Below, piece by piece: positions 24,601 through 39,000 of a stretch of DNA of 64,000 nucleotides. The notes under the pieces are model-generated. The model searched no databases and was not told the origin of the DNA. It saw only the letters and a list, made by a program, of their open reading frames with translations. Every line of letters begins with the position of its first letter. Position 1 is the first letter of the stretch. Position numbers and translations under genes: made by a program. Origin of the DNA: Yuukianura sp. NJ FZ-2021 (taxonomy: Eukaryota). Where the stretch lies: contig CM102285.1 in assembly GCA_046563655.1 (NCBI GenBank), positions 1,488,001 to 1,552,000 on the forward strand. The letters run 5' to 3'.

Positions 24601-27600
24601 AGTGCATTTGATATCTAATAATGTAAGTATCAAACTGTGTAAACTTTAAGTGTTGAACTTTTTGTAGTTGAGCGAACGTGTGCATAGGAATTCGGTGGGC
24701 GTTTGGCTTAAATTCGCTTCACACGAAAGAACAAGAAGAAAAGGAAAAGTTGAAGTTTGTGGAAGCTTTTGAGAACTCTATTATTACTGGAAAAAACAGG
24801 AGAGAGAATTAGATCGATTTCAAAAGGAAAAGTTAAATTATAGTTGTAACTTTTATACGCCTTTTAGCAGTGAGTTACATGTTACTAACGACACAAACCA
24901 AACCCAGAGGTTACAAAAAAAAACTCTTTCTATTTTTTGTAGCCTTTGGGTTACAAAACAGCACCAAAAATTTCGTGCAATCTGCATATGCTTCGACGTA
25001 ATTTAATCTTCGAGTTTTAACATTTATGGGCATCACAAATTCAAATCTAAATCACCAAATTCCAGCAGTTCACATAGCTTGGAACTTGTTTTGTAAAACC
25101 AAAAGCGGGAAAAAGAACAATAAATTTTCTTTTTTTCATTGATTTTGAAATTAATTCCACACATATACAAGAAAACGACATTTTTGTTTTCTCGATTTGA
25201 GTTAAGGCACTTCAAATTTGATGAAACTTACTACTGGAGAGTAGTGAAGTAGTTTTGGAAAATAAAGTCATGAAAAATTTAAAGTGTGGCGTAAAGTATA
25301 ATTCAAATGACTTTATTTTTATGGTACGAAATTTAATTTGGGGGAGTTTGAGTAAGAGAGTTGCGGGAAGATTCGAATCTAATCGACTCCGATTTCTATC
25401 TCTTTGTGGAACTTTATGTTTGTTTTATATTCATTAGAAGCCCATTATTTCCTCTCTCTCGCAACGTTTGATTACTATGGTTCAACTACGCCTTCAAACC
25501 AAATTTATTTTTCTCAACAAAAAGTTTTCTCCATCTGATAAGAAAAAACACAAACCAACCTAACTGGATGAAAATTAAGTAATTTTATTGTTTGAACTTG
25601 GCGGGGTGTCATTAGAGATGGGCAAAACTTCAAACATTTGAGTTATAATACTACCTGGACAGGTTGAACAGTTCAGTTCAACATTTTTGGGCAACTTTAG
25701 TTATAAGGTACCTTCTACTTTAAGAAGTAATGTATACTGCATATGTCGTAACCATCATGCTGCGTAACCACCCATACCCACCTAGTTATGAAGTGGTAAC
25801 CACCGTAACTGTCACTTATGTCAAAGTAAAGCAGGTAGTTATATGATACTGGAACTGTAGGTTTTGGGTTTCTTTTAAGCAATGCCCACACTGTATAAAT
25901 TTAGGACAGGAAAAGCGAGCCAATTTCCCGCCCTGGCAAATTTCAAGTCTATCATTATGAGACAACTTTTAGTTTATTCCAATTATCTCGCCACTTCTTT
26001 CCTGATAGTTAGAGTTAATAAGAGTGAAAAAATATTTGTTAGGTTAAACTCACCCTTAACCTATTAGGCTAAAATTGGCTTTTTGTTTTTTCAAAAACTC
26101 AATTACATTTTCTCACCTTTAGGATATGAAAAGTGGTGGGGGTGAATTTCTTGAATAATTTAATACTGTTGGGTGAAATGACGCTGTTTGAAAAGTTTTC
26201 GAAATTTTGAAAAACCAATTCAAAAACTAAACTTTTTTTTACTAAAAATGCTAAAATTCAAAATGAATTGATATGATGTAATGCTAAATGCTTGTTTAAT
26301 TGTAAATTGCAGGGCGGTGGACTTCAGGACATGAAGGACGGTGGACTTGGCCAAGGCGGGTGGGGGTACCCTTCAATGTACCATCCGTACGACCCTGGTT
26401 TTGCCGCTGCCGCTGCTGCAGCCGCTGCAGCATATCCTTTCAACGGGTAAATTTTCAAAATTTTGAACCAGAATTTTATTTTCTGAAATTTAGTTTTTCA
26501 AAAAACCGCTCTTGCATTTCTTGAAACTAAAAATCTATCGACTGAATCGCAGCGGTGTTCAGAACTTTTTGTTCAAAAGTAAACAAAAAATCGTGCAATT
26601 TCCATCGCTTTTTCTTCATAAAAGCGTTTGTCGCGCGTCGTGTTTTGAAATGTTACCAAATGTTCTTTAAAATTTAGATTTTTTAAACTAGTTTTTTAAA
26701 AAATGTGACGTTTTCAAAAAAACTTGGAAAATGTGATGGGACTCTTAAGTGGTTTTGGTTTGGGGTAGAGGTTGGACGTGTGGTTTTGACGGAATGGAGC
26801 TGGTGGTGCGTGAGTGATTTATTTCATGAAAGTTGATCTTCTAACTTCAGAGAAGAAGGGAGGGTGAATCCCTAAAATAAGATTTTGAAACTAGCGCCAA
26901 CTCCTTGAATGTTGGTTTAAGAACATGTCATCGCACTGAAACTGAACCCTGATTGAGCAGGGCGGGTGTAGGCCGGGAAATTTCAAATTTTCCAGATGTC
27001 GCCTTTTCAAAAAAAGAGTTGTCACTCGTTGTCGCCCTCCTAGAGGAAGAAGAAAATCTGTCGTTAAGGAGCAGATGGGAATGCGAATGTTTGAAAATGA
27101 CCTGGCGTGACCTCTTCACTTTACACTCACGTGACATGCTCAACTAGCTAACTTTACATCTGCCCTCCGTATCAATTAGCACCATATTACACCAAAATTC
27201 AAAAATTCCCGCCACCGAAGACATGCTCTGTTTAAAGAAACAACAAAAATACAGTGAGAAAAACCGACCAGATCAAAAAATTTCCAAAAAAAAAAAAAAT
27301 CAGGCATTTTTGACACAATTTTTGCATGTTTTAAAAAATCTCATGCTGACTGGGTTTACTTTTTCTTGTTAGTTTTGGAGCGATCTTTTTTGCAATTTTA
27401 AGAAAAAATTCTTATGTGATTACTAGAAATTGACCTTTCAAAATTTAGGTAGAATTTGCGAAATTTGAGGTGATTGCTGAACATGCGAATTTTTTCATTG
27501 GAATTTTTTGTCGAATCACGTAACTTTTCAATTATTTGGCTTTTGTTACTCGAGGCATGTAAAAATGTTAATGTTGAAATGTTAAGTTTTGAAGGGCAGA

Positions 27601-30600
27601 CCAATAACAAGTTTACGATTTGGCGACAACTAAACATCGAAACTGTTTTTCGTTTCTGAGAAAATCCAGTTTCTGTGCCTAATCTTTACATGCTAAGCTA
27701 AAAGGATGTAAGAAAATTATGTTTCCAAGTAATCGGTTGCTCATTTAGTGAACCTCTTTGCACATTTGAACACAAGTTGACATTTTGATAAAAATCCACA
27801 CACACAAAGTTGTCTGGTGGGAACTTTTGAAAAAACAGAAAAGATAAATCCGTTAACAAGAGTTCTACAGTTGTCCCAAGAGCATTTATTACCACCACCT
27901 CCCTCCTTTAGACACATTCCAACCGCGCCAATTTTCAAAAATTCAAAACCCAACATTTGTTTAGCGCCAACATTCCCTTTTCAAACAAAAACTCATTTGA
28001 ACTTATGGTAGTTTGGAGATGCTCAGCACGAAAAAACGTAGTCGACGATAACTTATGATTAGGAAAAAATGTGACAAGTTTTATTTTGAGTTAAGTAAAA
28101 GAGAGGACGGTTTGTGCTCATTTATCAGGATGGTGATGGCGGAGTTGTGCGCAGCGGCGGGAAAAGATGCATGGGTGACACTTTTTAAATGACACTCGAC
28201 TGGATTTGTGCACATTACAAATATTTGGACTGTTAGTGTTCGGAGGCTATAAAAACAGAACATAAATATAAATACTACTCCGGTGTGTAAAGTCTCTCGA
28301 TGTAGAAAAAGTCTTTCGCGGAGAAAACAGATAGATCGTTACGCTTGGCACGTAATTTGATCATATTTTATCATTTCCTAAGATCATCATTCGTTTCACT
28401 TTGAAATTCAAAAATAGCGCCTTAAATTCTTCACCCATCACAAAAAAGTTCTTAGAATTTAAAATTTGATTTTTTTATATCAAAGCACAAAAAAAGTACA
28501 AATAAACTTAGTACAAAAATTATTAAAAAATTTTGAAACGCAGTGATTGGACAAAAGCATGCCGTCACATATTCCCGCCTTAAACTTTTTTTCCATGGTT
28601 TTCTCCAACTTTTTGAAAACACAGTTTTTGAAAATTTTGTAAAACTGTGCAAGTTTTGAAACATAAATTTGAATTTCTAAAATTTAGCCTTCTGCTAATG
28701 TTTGGTGAAAGGAGTAGTGTGAACCTGGCTTAAGCTTTTGACGCGGGAATTTCAAATCTGAGAACTAATGGGTTTAAGGTGGTGCAAATTTATTTATTTC
28801 CACATGTTCCCGCACGTAAAACACTCCTGCGTTTCCATGAATGATGACAGAAGGAAAAAGAGAGGGAAAGTGGCGGCAAGATTTGAATAAGGTTAGGTTG
28901 AGGGCATAAGGGCAGCGTTTAGAGACGAAGAAAATGGAAGTGATTAGTTTAAACCTCCGAGTCTCGAGACAGCGAGAAAAACGGAGTTCTCACCGAAGAA
29001 AAGGTTGGTAGCTGCCTAGCAGTACTTTGTAGGCTATAGAATCAATAAATTTCCCTAATGTCCCCATTTATATGAAGGGGAGATGAAAAAAATGGGATTT
29101 TAAATCGCCAGATTTTCCCCGCCAAGGATTTCTTTTTACCGCTAGTGGGCTCTTGATTTTGTTGAGAGCAAAAGGAAACTTAAGGATCGATTTCCGCCCA
29201 TTTTTTGTTCAAAAACGCACTCCCGCGCTTTCGGATTTTGATTTTGAACTTTCCCTCTCTTTCTACAGCTACTTCACTTTCTCCCCCTTTTCTAATCTCT
29301 CATTGTCAAAGAAAACTTGAAACTTTCTTCACTAAGACGGAGAAAGTGAAGTCGTCCGTGTCAAAGTTTACTTTGACTTTCACTTTTCCAGTCCTGCGTA
29401 GAGAGTGGGAGAAAGTTCAGCGGCGCACAACTCTAGTTTCGGCTTAGATTTTGAGAAGCCTAAAGCGACGAATTTCACACCAAAATTAAACTTTTGTATG
29501 TTACAGCTTTCACACTTCTCAAAAAAGAAAGTGGAAACACGATGCGCAGAAGAGGGCTGCGCAGACCGTTTTTCAGTTTAGTTTGCGCAGCTTTTCTTGC
29601 TTGTAATCAATTTTTATAGTGTGACTCTCTTGTGCTTGTGCTCTGCTTGTACCAACAACTTGGGACACTTTGTATTTTGGAGAAATTTTACAAGACAAGT
29701 ATTGGGCCCTTGCCAATTTTAGTCTTTTTCTTTACACCTAACATTTTGTTGTTCACTTCACAAGTTTGACGGAGAAAAATGGGTTTGAATTTTATTTTTG
29801 AACGTTGGCGCTTTGAACATTCATAAAATTTTGAACAATTTATGCTTTAGTGAAAAACATAGGGCTATCAAAACGAGAACACAGAGACAAAAAATGACTC
29901 GTGTCATATCAATATTAAATGGAAAAATGAGTTTTAAAAGTAGCGCAAATAATAGATTTTGGCAAATGTTCAATGTGACCTTTGACATTAGTCAACTTTT
30001 TCATATTAAAGTGGAACCATTAGCCAAAACATAACTTTTAGCCTAACTAACCTAACCTAATTTTTCATAGCCTACTCTAACCAACCTAAATTTGCAAAAC
30101 TTCGGATAATAAATCACAATTAGCGAACTTCGCCTAACAAATTTGCAAAAAACGCCATAACTTTGCAAAAATTTGACAAAAAAGCGGCAAAAACACAAAA
30201 GAGCAAAACGCCGCGTACCGAAAAACATTTTCAAAATTTTTGCTTTTTGGTTTTGGAAATTTTTGTTAGACAGACGGACAAGTAGATGTTATGGAGTGTT
30301 ATGCTATGACATCAAGTGAAAAGTGGGATGAAGTTTTTGAGGACTTGGGTGTCACATGACAGTATTCCCGTTCTCATGATGGGATAATTCAAATGATTGT
30401 GCCAAGGCGACGGGTCGAAACTGATCTTTTAACCGCCCTATCATCACTCTCAAAACAAAGTTTCAAATTTCCCACGCTCCCGGTTTTCCCGTATAACATC
30501 CAGATCAATTTTCAACTTTGCCTAACCTAAATGAAATCAGACCAAAGATCACAAGATCTCATGAGTATCAAATTTCGTCGAAAGTTAACTAACCTCACTT

Positions 30601-32360
30601 AATACTTCACCTAATATTCAGCTCATCCAATCAGAATTGAGCAAGGTTAAAAACGCGGTAAAATCACTTATTGTGGACAACATTTCACGTATCGTTAAAT
30701 TAGTACTAAACGAAAAGTTATATAATTAGTCTAACTTTTCAAAATTTTGAACACTTTGTTTTTGAAATTTGAATTAACCGCTGGTATACAATTTGAAATG
30801 TTGTAGCCCACTTTTTCTGAAATTTCGTCTGGAAGTTAGGTTAACGTTAGGTTTTCGGTTAGGATAGATTAGGTTTTTGTACTTTGAGTCCCATTGTGGC
30901 CAAAGTGTCAAAGTGTCTCTTACGAATAATTGAATGGAAGAGGGGTAATAGGGATAATAATGGAAAATGGATTAGACCCCGTGATTTAATGGGAGTGATT
31001 CCCAAAAAGTGCATTAGGCTCAGTGGATGAGATGGCAGAGCGACAGGAAGGGGACTGGGGTTCGAGTCACACTCGGGGCAAAAACTGGAGAGTGGCAGTT
31101 GGGGTCAGGGGAGTAAATAATAAAAATGGGGTTATAATGGGATAAATGCATTAGAGGGGAGGGGAGACTTTTATTGTTCCACACGAGTCACTGTCCAGAG
31201 TCCCTTCCGTCCCTGACCAGGGTGCCCATAAATAATAGACTTCGCATTTTGGAAAAAAAAGCTTTTGGAAAAGTGATAGATTTTTAAAAAAAGACAAAAG
31301 CTGTCCATTTTTTCCCTCAAATTTCAAAAATTGGACGAATATTTCTACAATTTGATTTTTTTTTCAGTTATGCCGTAGATGTGAATGGTAGTCGACGTAA
31401 AAATGCGACGCGAGAAACTACTAGTACGTTGAAGGCGTGGCTAGCAGAACACAAGAAGAATCCATATCCGACCAAAGGCGAGAAGATCATGTTAGCAATC
31501 ATTACAAAAATGACGTTGACGCAAGTATCGACGTGGTTTGCAAATGCGCGACGCAGGTTGAAGAAAGAAAATAAAATGACGTGGGAACCACGCAATCGCC
31601 CTGACGACGACGATGACGTAGATATCTCAGACTCCGAACCTGAAAAGACAAAACAATCAGATGATCAAGGTGAGAAATTTTTTCAAATCTTCAGCCGGAT
31701 TCTTTGAAAGTGAAAAAAATTATGAAATAGTTTGTCCTTATATACCCGTTGGCATAGAGACCAGAAAAATAAACCGAAATATAAAAAAAATTTAAAAAGT
31801 TTTGTTATGGATGAGGCGAAGCCCCAGCAAGCATACCTAGTATTCTTGTTTTTTCTTTAAGTTTTTGGCGGTAAATTTTGGAGCTGATACGTATGCTGAT
31901 TTTTCATTATAATGTGATAACTGAAAATCTAAATTTCGAAATTTTGAATTTTGGTACAGATTCTGATCGATACCGCCACGGAAATAGTCATGCACATGGC
32001 AAGTCGTCGCCTACGGGCTCCAGCTGTTCGGACACAAGTAAGGAGGAGGTGACTACTCCCAGTCCAAGTCAGAAACCGCGGATTTGGTCCCTAGCAGACC
32101 TAGCAGGAAGTGGCAACGGGGGTGGGGCGGGTGGGGGTGGTGGGTCATCCGACTCAAGGCTCCACTACCACCCACCCACAGCCGCCCACCGCCCCCTCCA
32201 TCACCATCACCATCACAACAGTAATCCTAGTTTAGCCGGCTCAGCCTTTAGTCCTCTGAGTCGAAGCTCACATTCCGAGGGGGCGGGGGTGTACAGGGGG
32301 CTTTACCCCCTCCCCACCCACCACCATCATCCAGCCGTCTACCACCCTGACAATCCTTAA
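18700..32360 (+). CDS. mirr: Iroquois-class (IRX) TALE homeodomain transcription factor, mirror-type, about 422 aa spliced
   Basis: Phase-consistent GT-AG exons: 18700-18705 (ATG AAC, tentative start), 18956-19381, 26313-26446, 31368-31669, 31960-32360 (total 1269 nt). Homeodomain [61 protein letters not shown], acidic patch DDDDD and IRO box [26 protein letters not shown] and upstream YHPYD...YPFNGY match insect mirror rather than araucan/caupolican (ESTATLKAW, WEPKNK), from recalled family sequences. The start exon is uncertain. Confidence 0.9.
18956..19381 (+). CDS. mirr: mirror-type Irx coding exon (Gly/Ser-rich, Cys cluster, LLNYQRL, poly-Ala)
   Basis: Acceptor ttctccAG at 18955, donor GTaagt at 19382, 426 nt, phase 0/0, GC-rich island in an AT-rich background. 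Confidence 0.8.
21412..21424 (+). promoter_or_regulatory. Perfect DR1 nuclear-receptor element in a mirr intron
   Basis: AGGTCA-A-AGGTCA exact consensus. Confidence 0.45.
25613..25893. mobile_element. Degenerate hAT-like MITE remnant in a mirr intron
   Basis: Starts TAGAGATGGGCA and ends TGCCCACACTG (imperfect inverted termini), with an interior rich in GTAAC/AGTTA motifs. No TSD seen. Confidence 0.35.
26313..26446 (+). CDS. mirr: mirror-type Irx coding exon ([27 protein letters not shown]), missed by the ORF track
   Basis: Acceptor aattgcAG at 26312, donor GTaaat at 26447. Phase 0/2 joins correctly to the flanking exons. Confidence 0.85.
31368..31669 (+). CDS. mirr: Homeobox exon of mirror-type Irx
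   Basis: Acceptor ttttttcAG at 31367, complete TALE homeodomain with PYP loop and WFANARRR, donor GTgaga at 31670. Confidence 0.97.
31960..32360 (+). CDS. mirr: Last coding exon of mirror-type Irx with IRO box, poly-Gly and poly-His
   Basis: Acceptor ggtacAG at 31959, phase 1 match, [14 protein letters not shown] box, TAA at 32358-32360. Confidence 0.88.
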
Positions 32361-33064
32361 GAATATCCCTTTAAACTTAAAGTTAAAGTTAAAGCAGCCA
32401 CTATTTTAATTAATGATTAGTTAGGTACGGGCAACTTCGCAATGTTTGTCCCACCACGGCCCCACCCACCGCGATTTGTTGTCCCACGACAAGCCCCGCC
32501 CCTCGCTCGGAATCCTAGAACAATTCTAGATCTGTTTTAGCTTTAGAAAATCCTTCAATCTTATGTCGCCTTTTCAATAGAGGGAAAATTCAAATTTTAC
32601 CGCTTTTTAAACGTTCAACTTCAAAACATTTATTGTCCAATGAATTTCAGAAAACTCAAACTTTTCAAAACAAACCTTTCTTCAAAAACTTCAAACCGAA
32701 AATTTTGAATTTCCCTCCGCGTAACTTTCCTAAAATTTACTCAAGTTCCAATTAAGTAAACATCTTATTTACAAACCACCACTTGATCACTTTTGCCCAA
32801 GATCTACTGCGCATGCGCATGATGTTTTGTTAAGTTCCCAATCCCAGTCTTGTCATAACGAAGAAATTTTTTTTCACAATTTCAAAAACGGCGGTAAATA
32901 AAATTATCATAAAAAGGAATCAAGTGGGAGAATTCTTGGATCAGAGTTGTGCGCAACATCCTAAAAAACAACAAATCTCTCATCCATTGTGATTTAATTA
33001 CAAGAAAAACTTAACTAATTACTCCAGTATTATCGATCGACTAAGAAGTTAATGTCTGTACAGC

Positions 33065-33070
33065 AATAAA
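33065..33070 (+). terminator. Candidate polyadenylation signal of the mirr transcript (about 700-nt 3' UTR)
   Basis: AATAAA preceded by TGTA, about 700 nt after the stop codon. Confidence 0.4.
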
Positions 33071-36000
33071 CAAAATCAAATTCAAAATGGCGGGAACATT
33101 AAAAAGAATGTCTTTATTTCAGCATATCTAGCACGTAATTTCAAAAAATTTTACGTTTTAATTCTAAAAAAATCGAATTTTTCAATTTTTGAATACCACC
33201 AAAACCTCAATTTTTCTATCTAAAATTTTCAACGTTACAAAAAATTCATCTGAACGTAAGTTTTGAACTTGTTCCAAGATTCTCTCAGTTACTTATCTCA
33301 ACCTAACGTGAACAGATAAGGCTAGCGTTAGGCTAAAGATTAGGTTATGGTTAGGCTAACTTTGTTTACTAGCATATGGTGAATGGAAATGTCTCAGGTT
33401 GAAGACTCCCCATTGTTTTACTTCTTGTATTAGTTCCAGGTGAATGAGAACTCATCTCAGAATTAACTTATCACTTCATCTGCTGTAGGTTATTCTTCCT
33501 TAGCTTTCGTACTTGTTAGGTTAAACCTAAACCACAAAAGTTACGAGTTGCAATATGTTAAAAACATAATTAGAACCTCATCAACCCAGCCTAAGTTCAG
33601 CCATTTCCATAATTTAGGCATTACTCAACTTCTTAACATGCGCACATGAGAACATGACACAAACAGTCTAAACTTGATTTTGTTCAACAAGGCTCTTCAA
33701 CTGCTGAAATCCAACGTTTTAGTGCTCATGCGCAGCCGATAGAGTGTCAGACAGGCAGGGAGAGTTCGGCTGTGAACCGGGCTTAACATGATTTTGATGC
33801 CATTTGGAATGAAAACCGGATTGACTTGTTTTCATCACCTTGGTGAACCTGGTGAACCAGAAGAAAAAAGACACACCTCGATGACTCTTCAAAAAAAGTC
33901 TACGTTTTGCATAATGTTAGGTTAACTTAACATAACAAGAGAGCAATAGTTACTCCCTCCGTCACTTGTCCTTTTACTAATGAATTACAATATATTCAAA
34001 ATATATTTAATTACTAATTTACTAATTTATAAAAACTGGTTGCGGCAAACTTCAAAGGTGACCTTTACCAGATGGCTACTTAACAATATTTTTACAGGAA
34101 ATTTTACGATTTAAAATTTTTACAGTTTTTTCAAAAAATTCGATCTCTTGTGGTACACACATCGAAATTTATTTTTCCAAATTGATTGGTTTCTGAATAA
34201 CACATTTTTGGTTACAAAAATGTGGAAATAATTAAGATCTAATTAAGAATTAATTAGAAACCTTGATTTGGAAATTTTCAAAAAAAAGCGTTCTTAATTG
34301 GCACGAGCTCAGTTTTTTTTTCTTTTTGCAAAATGCGCGTGTGCAAAATTCAAATCTTTGCAATTTGTGTTTACAAAAGCTAATTTAGAAACCGCGAAAA
34401 ACTTCCAGTTCATTTGAATTTAAAATCATCAATAATGGTAAGTTTTCGGTGTTCACAATGTGTTTACCTTATGCATACACAGTAACAATTTACGCTTACT
34501 TTGTAAACTTACTTTCATTCATTTTGTGTACTTTGTATTTCCGTTTGGCCACAATTGTGCTCCAAATTTCAAAAAAGAGCAAAAGTTTTTCAAATTTTTG
34601 AATAAAAGGTGCATTGAATTTCATTTTTCAAAGGATGTTTAAGAAAACATAGTCGATGGACCGTGGCCTAACTTAAGTAAATAAGCTTAGACAACAATTA
34701 AACGGTACCCACGGTACCCCACCGTACGCGGTACCTAACCAAGGTGGTCCACATCGTCTAAAAGGTGTTCAAATTACCCTCCTAAGGAAATCTGTCTTAC
34801 TCTATTGTCCACAATTGACAAAAGGACCCTCCTTTTCCCAAATATATTAATCACAGGGCCCTTAAGGGCTCACAACACAACTCAAGGGATCCCTATGATT
34901 TATTCCTTTGTTAAGACATTTAAACGTCTTAAATGCAGAGAAAAGGAAAAGTTTGAAATTTTTGACTTGTCGCTTCTGGTGTCGTTTTTCATAAAAATTA
35001 AGTCATCTTAAGTTCTAATGTGGTGGTCAAAAGAACAATAAGCTCAACAGGACAGTTTGTCACACCACGAACAATGGAATTGGGATGAGAAAATTTAAAT
35101 CTAGATTTGAATATTAAGTTCTACGTGGTGTCTGTCTCTTTTGCAGTCTGGGAGGTTTTAAATTTTAGCGCCATAGGGTGCTTCTTAAACAATTTTTGAA
35201 AAAAAATGCCTCCTACGAGGTGAATTACTTGTGACAAGGCGTGATTAATTCACTTTCTTTTTTGGTTTGAGCACACGGCGCACAAACAGTTTTTAATACT
35301 CAACAATGAGCTATATGCTCTTCATTTCCTTTATGATACTTAATTAATTAATTGCTTTTCAAATTAACGGAAAACCTTTTAAGTCTATTGTTAAACAAAC
35401 AAAACGACTTTCCGCATAAACTCAATTCCATACATACTTAATAAGCTCATCAAGTGTAGAATTTGCTGGAACGGACTAGGAAATGTTGTTTCGAGTTGTC
35501 AAATTTGGTATTTGCGAGTATTGTTGTTGACTGTTTTGGAGTTGACGGTTTTGACGGTATGTGCCCTTGGTGCTTGCGTTACTCTGCTAAGTAACTGGGA
35601 AGATGATTCGTGATGATAAGTTGGTGCTGGGGACAGTTATTAGATTTATAGTTTGTTTAGAAGGAAGAGCTAACAAGGAAGGAAGGGATTTGGAGAGGGG
35701 GAAATATAAATCCAAAGAACTTCATCCTGCCACTCAGATAAAGTTAAGGGCGAGTGACACAAAACAGAAGAAGAGAGACTGCACAAGCCCTTAAGTACCT
35801 CGCCCTTCAGTCATCATCGTCCAGCATTCAGTAGCAACAAAAACAAGTTCAATTACCAGATGCTTCCAAAACTAAATTTAAAAATTAAGTTTTCTCCAGA
35901 AACCAAATTTACACAAAATCAAAAATTTTAAAATTTCGGATATTTCATTTCCAAAGTGTAAAATTTTCTCTCAACCACTTCAATGTTATTTTCAAAAAAT

Positions 36001-39000
36001 CGGTTGTTATTGAATGTTTGAAAAACGAAAAAGAGCAATTATCCAAAAGCTACTTTAACCGTTGCATTTTCACTTTTCACAACGAAATGAAGCGAAGAAT
36101 TTAAGTTGACATTTTTCAAGTCCTAATTGAAATCCAATAAGTGGCTTTTCTGTTTTCTTTTTGTGGTAATTTTTGTATGAAAAGGTGAAAGGTCAAAGGT
36201 CGCCCTGATCGGCTTTTCTTGAGATTTTGAAGAAGCTTTTTCTAAAGCCGCTTTCACAACAATACGCCTGCACCGCAGTCTTGAAATAATGCGATTTAGT
36301 CCAAAACTTTAAGAAATCTGGACATGAATGTGCAGTGGGCGGGAAAAGGACAAGAACAACAAAGTTTAAAAATTGAGCCTTTGTTATTATCTTTGAAGGT
36401 GAGATAAAGGGCCCTCCTCTCTATTTAAGGGCCTTAAGTACCCGCGTCTTAAGTGCTTCACAAGGAGAGAGAGCCCTTAACAGATTAGGTTTCTCGAGAT
36501 TGAAATTTTTCAAAATTCAAAAATAAAAATACGCCGCCATGCCAGAGAACATAAACTTTAGTACTTTTTTGCCAATTAAATTTCGAGGAAGAAGGTGAGT
36601 TGGTGCTAATTAGGAAGATGCTCTCTCTATTTTTTTGATTGGGGGTGAGAAAATTCAAAATGGCGGGAAACCATTATGTTTGTTTGGTCAAACTGTTTGT
36701 TTCATTAGGACGTGGAGGAGATTGGACGAGGTGATAAAAGGTGGGCATGTATGAAGTACTCGAAAAAATTAAAAAAAAGGAAAAGTAAATTTTTTACATG
36801 AAAATAATTAGACTTTTTCCGAAAAAAGTAATAAAAATAGCAGGCGGAAATGGAGTGTTGAAGGTAGGTTGAGTCATAAAAAGTCTATCACTTTTATATA
36901 GTTGAAAATAAATCAAAAAGTTTCCACCACAACAGCAAAATTAGAAATATTTTCATTTACTATTTTTTTCATTCTTCAACAATTTTGAACAAAAATAAAA
37001 ATAATCAAAGTCTGAACAAATTATTGAAAGTTTTTCAAAATTTATTGCAGAGAAGTTTGAGTCGTTTAACAAAAATTTATTTTCAGCGTTACAAAAAAAA
37101 ATCGATTTCATCAAATTCACATTTTTGGGAAATAATTTTGGTCAAGCAGTGTGCACCAGGCTTAAAGTTTGTGATATTTTTTATGTTGTACTTTTTTGTT
37201 CGAAATTCCGTTAAATTGACATTTCAGCATAAAGTTAATTAAAATTATTCGATTTCTTCTAAATTTTTACACCAGTTGTACCAAGAATGCAATTTTGATT
37301 ACACAAAACTAAAAAATGCAATCAAAAGTTTTTAAAGTTTCGCAGACTTGCACCTTGGAATTTGGAATCTGCAGAAAAACTACATTGTTGGTCGTTTTTA
37401 GAGGAATCTGCACACATAAAAAAGACTTTTGTTGTTGGTTTCGCATTGTTTAAATTGTTGCATTGTTGTGAAGGTACATTGACATTGCATGACTACCATC
37501 TTCATTCTATCTCGTTCCTTCTCACTTACTGTTTCGCTCCTCTGCTTTACATGTAGCAAAAAGTTCCTGAACTATGAAGTATTTTTTTAGTTACTGATTG
37601 TTCTTACACTCCTGATGACACTTGAACATGACTTTTGACCAAGTCACTTGTCCATTGTCATTTTTCATACCATGAGCGTAGTCTAACGAGGTGTTTAGAT
37701 CCGCTGAGACTATGTTCACTCTATGTAGAAGTCTTCTCATTAAGAGTGATTATGACTTGGATTTTGGTAGTTGATGACTGTAATTGAGCATTGGAGTTTA
37801 AATGAGGACTGAATAGTAATGAATGGCCATACAATGACCACGGAAACCCAAACTAACATAGGTGAATAACGTAGAAACCTATTTTGTTTGACTAGCCGAA
37901 CAAACACGGAGTCAAGTGTACAGAGCAAGTGTAGAAAAAGTTTCGCGCCGGAAGAGCAACAACTTGGACTTTGGCAGTCTGATTACTTTGTATGTTAAAA
38001 TTTCAGCTGGTTTTGAATCTCGCCCTTCTTAGCTCCAGTGTTTTTGACTTCGCGCTTTTGGCGCGAATGTTTTTTTGCCTTTGATAATTTTTTTAATTTC
38101 AAATCTCGCTGTGTAAATTTTTCCTGTTCTTCGATCTTTTTTTATCTAATCAGTGTTCTTATTTTGGTTTCTCAGTTTAAAGTTTTTTAATTTCGCGCTT
38201 TAGTGGTTTTGGGTGTTGAAATTTTTGTTGAACAGCTCTGTAGAAGTTCTTTCTCTGCCAAATTCTGTATTATTTATGAGACCATTGTTTTGAATGTTTT
38301 GAAAAGTCAACTCCATGAGAAATGGACATAAAATATGACGGTTCGACGAAGTAAATGCGATGATGATGATAGCGTGTGGGAGGGAACGGAAAACGGCTGT
38401 AGTACAATGTGTAACCCATCATTCCATGTTATGCAGTAAACGCTCTTCGAAAATTCACAATTCCTCAAATATTTTTCAAAAAGTAGTTTCCAAAAACTCT
38501 TAAATTAAAAACAAAGTATACAACCCTACCACTCACCAAATTTCACCTAAACCAACCAACCAGTTTACCAACGATGGCATGCAGAAATAAATTTGTTGAC
38601 TTTTTTACTGTTAAATTTTCACTTTCAAATTAAAATAGAAACAAAACACGGAATGTTAAAAATTCTTGTTTTAAAGTGAAACTTTCTTTTCCCAGGGCTG
38701 CACACAGCACAATTTTTTGGTTTTAAAAATGTTGTTCTAGTTTTGAAATTTTAGAAATTTGAACACGTTGTTATTGTTCTAGAGGCAGCAGAAGAAGATC
38801 ATCCATAAGTGTCAACATCCTGTCATCTCCTCACAACTTCATTTATCTTTCTCCCCTCCATCCATCGTCTTCTTCCCAAAGGCGCTCAATTTCAAAATAG
38901 TTGAAACTTCCCGCTAAGTCAACGTTTCTTGTCCAAGCACGTCTCTCTGCCTCCAACCTACTGAGAAATTGGTTTCAGAAATTATTATGGGTGGGACAAC

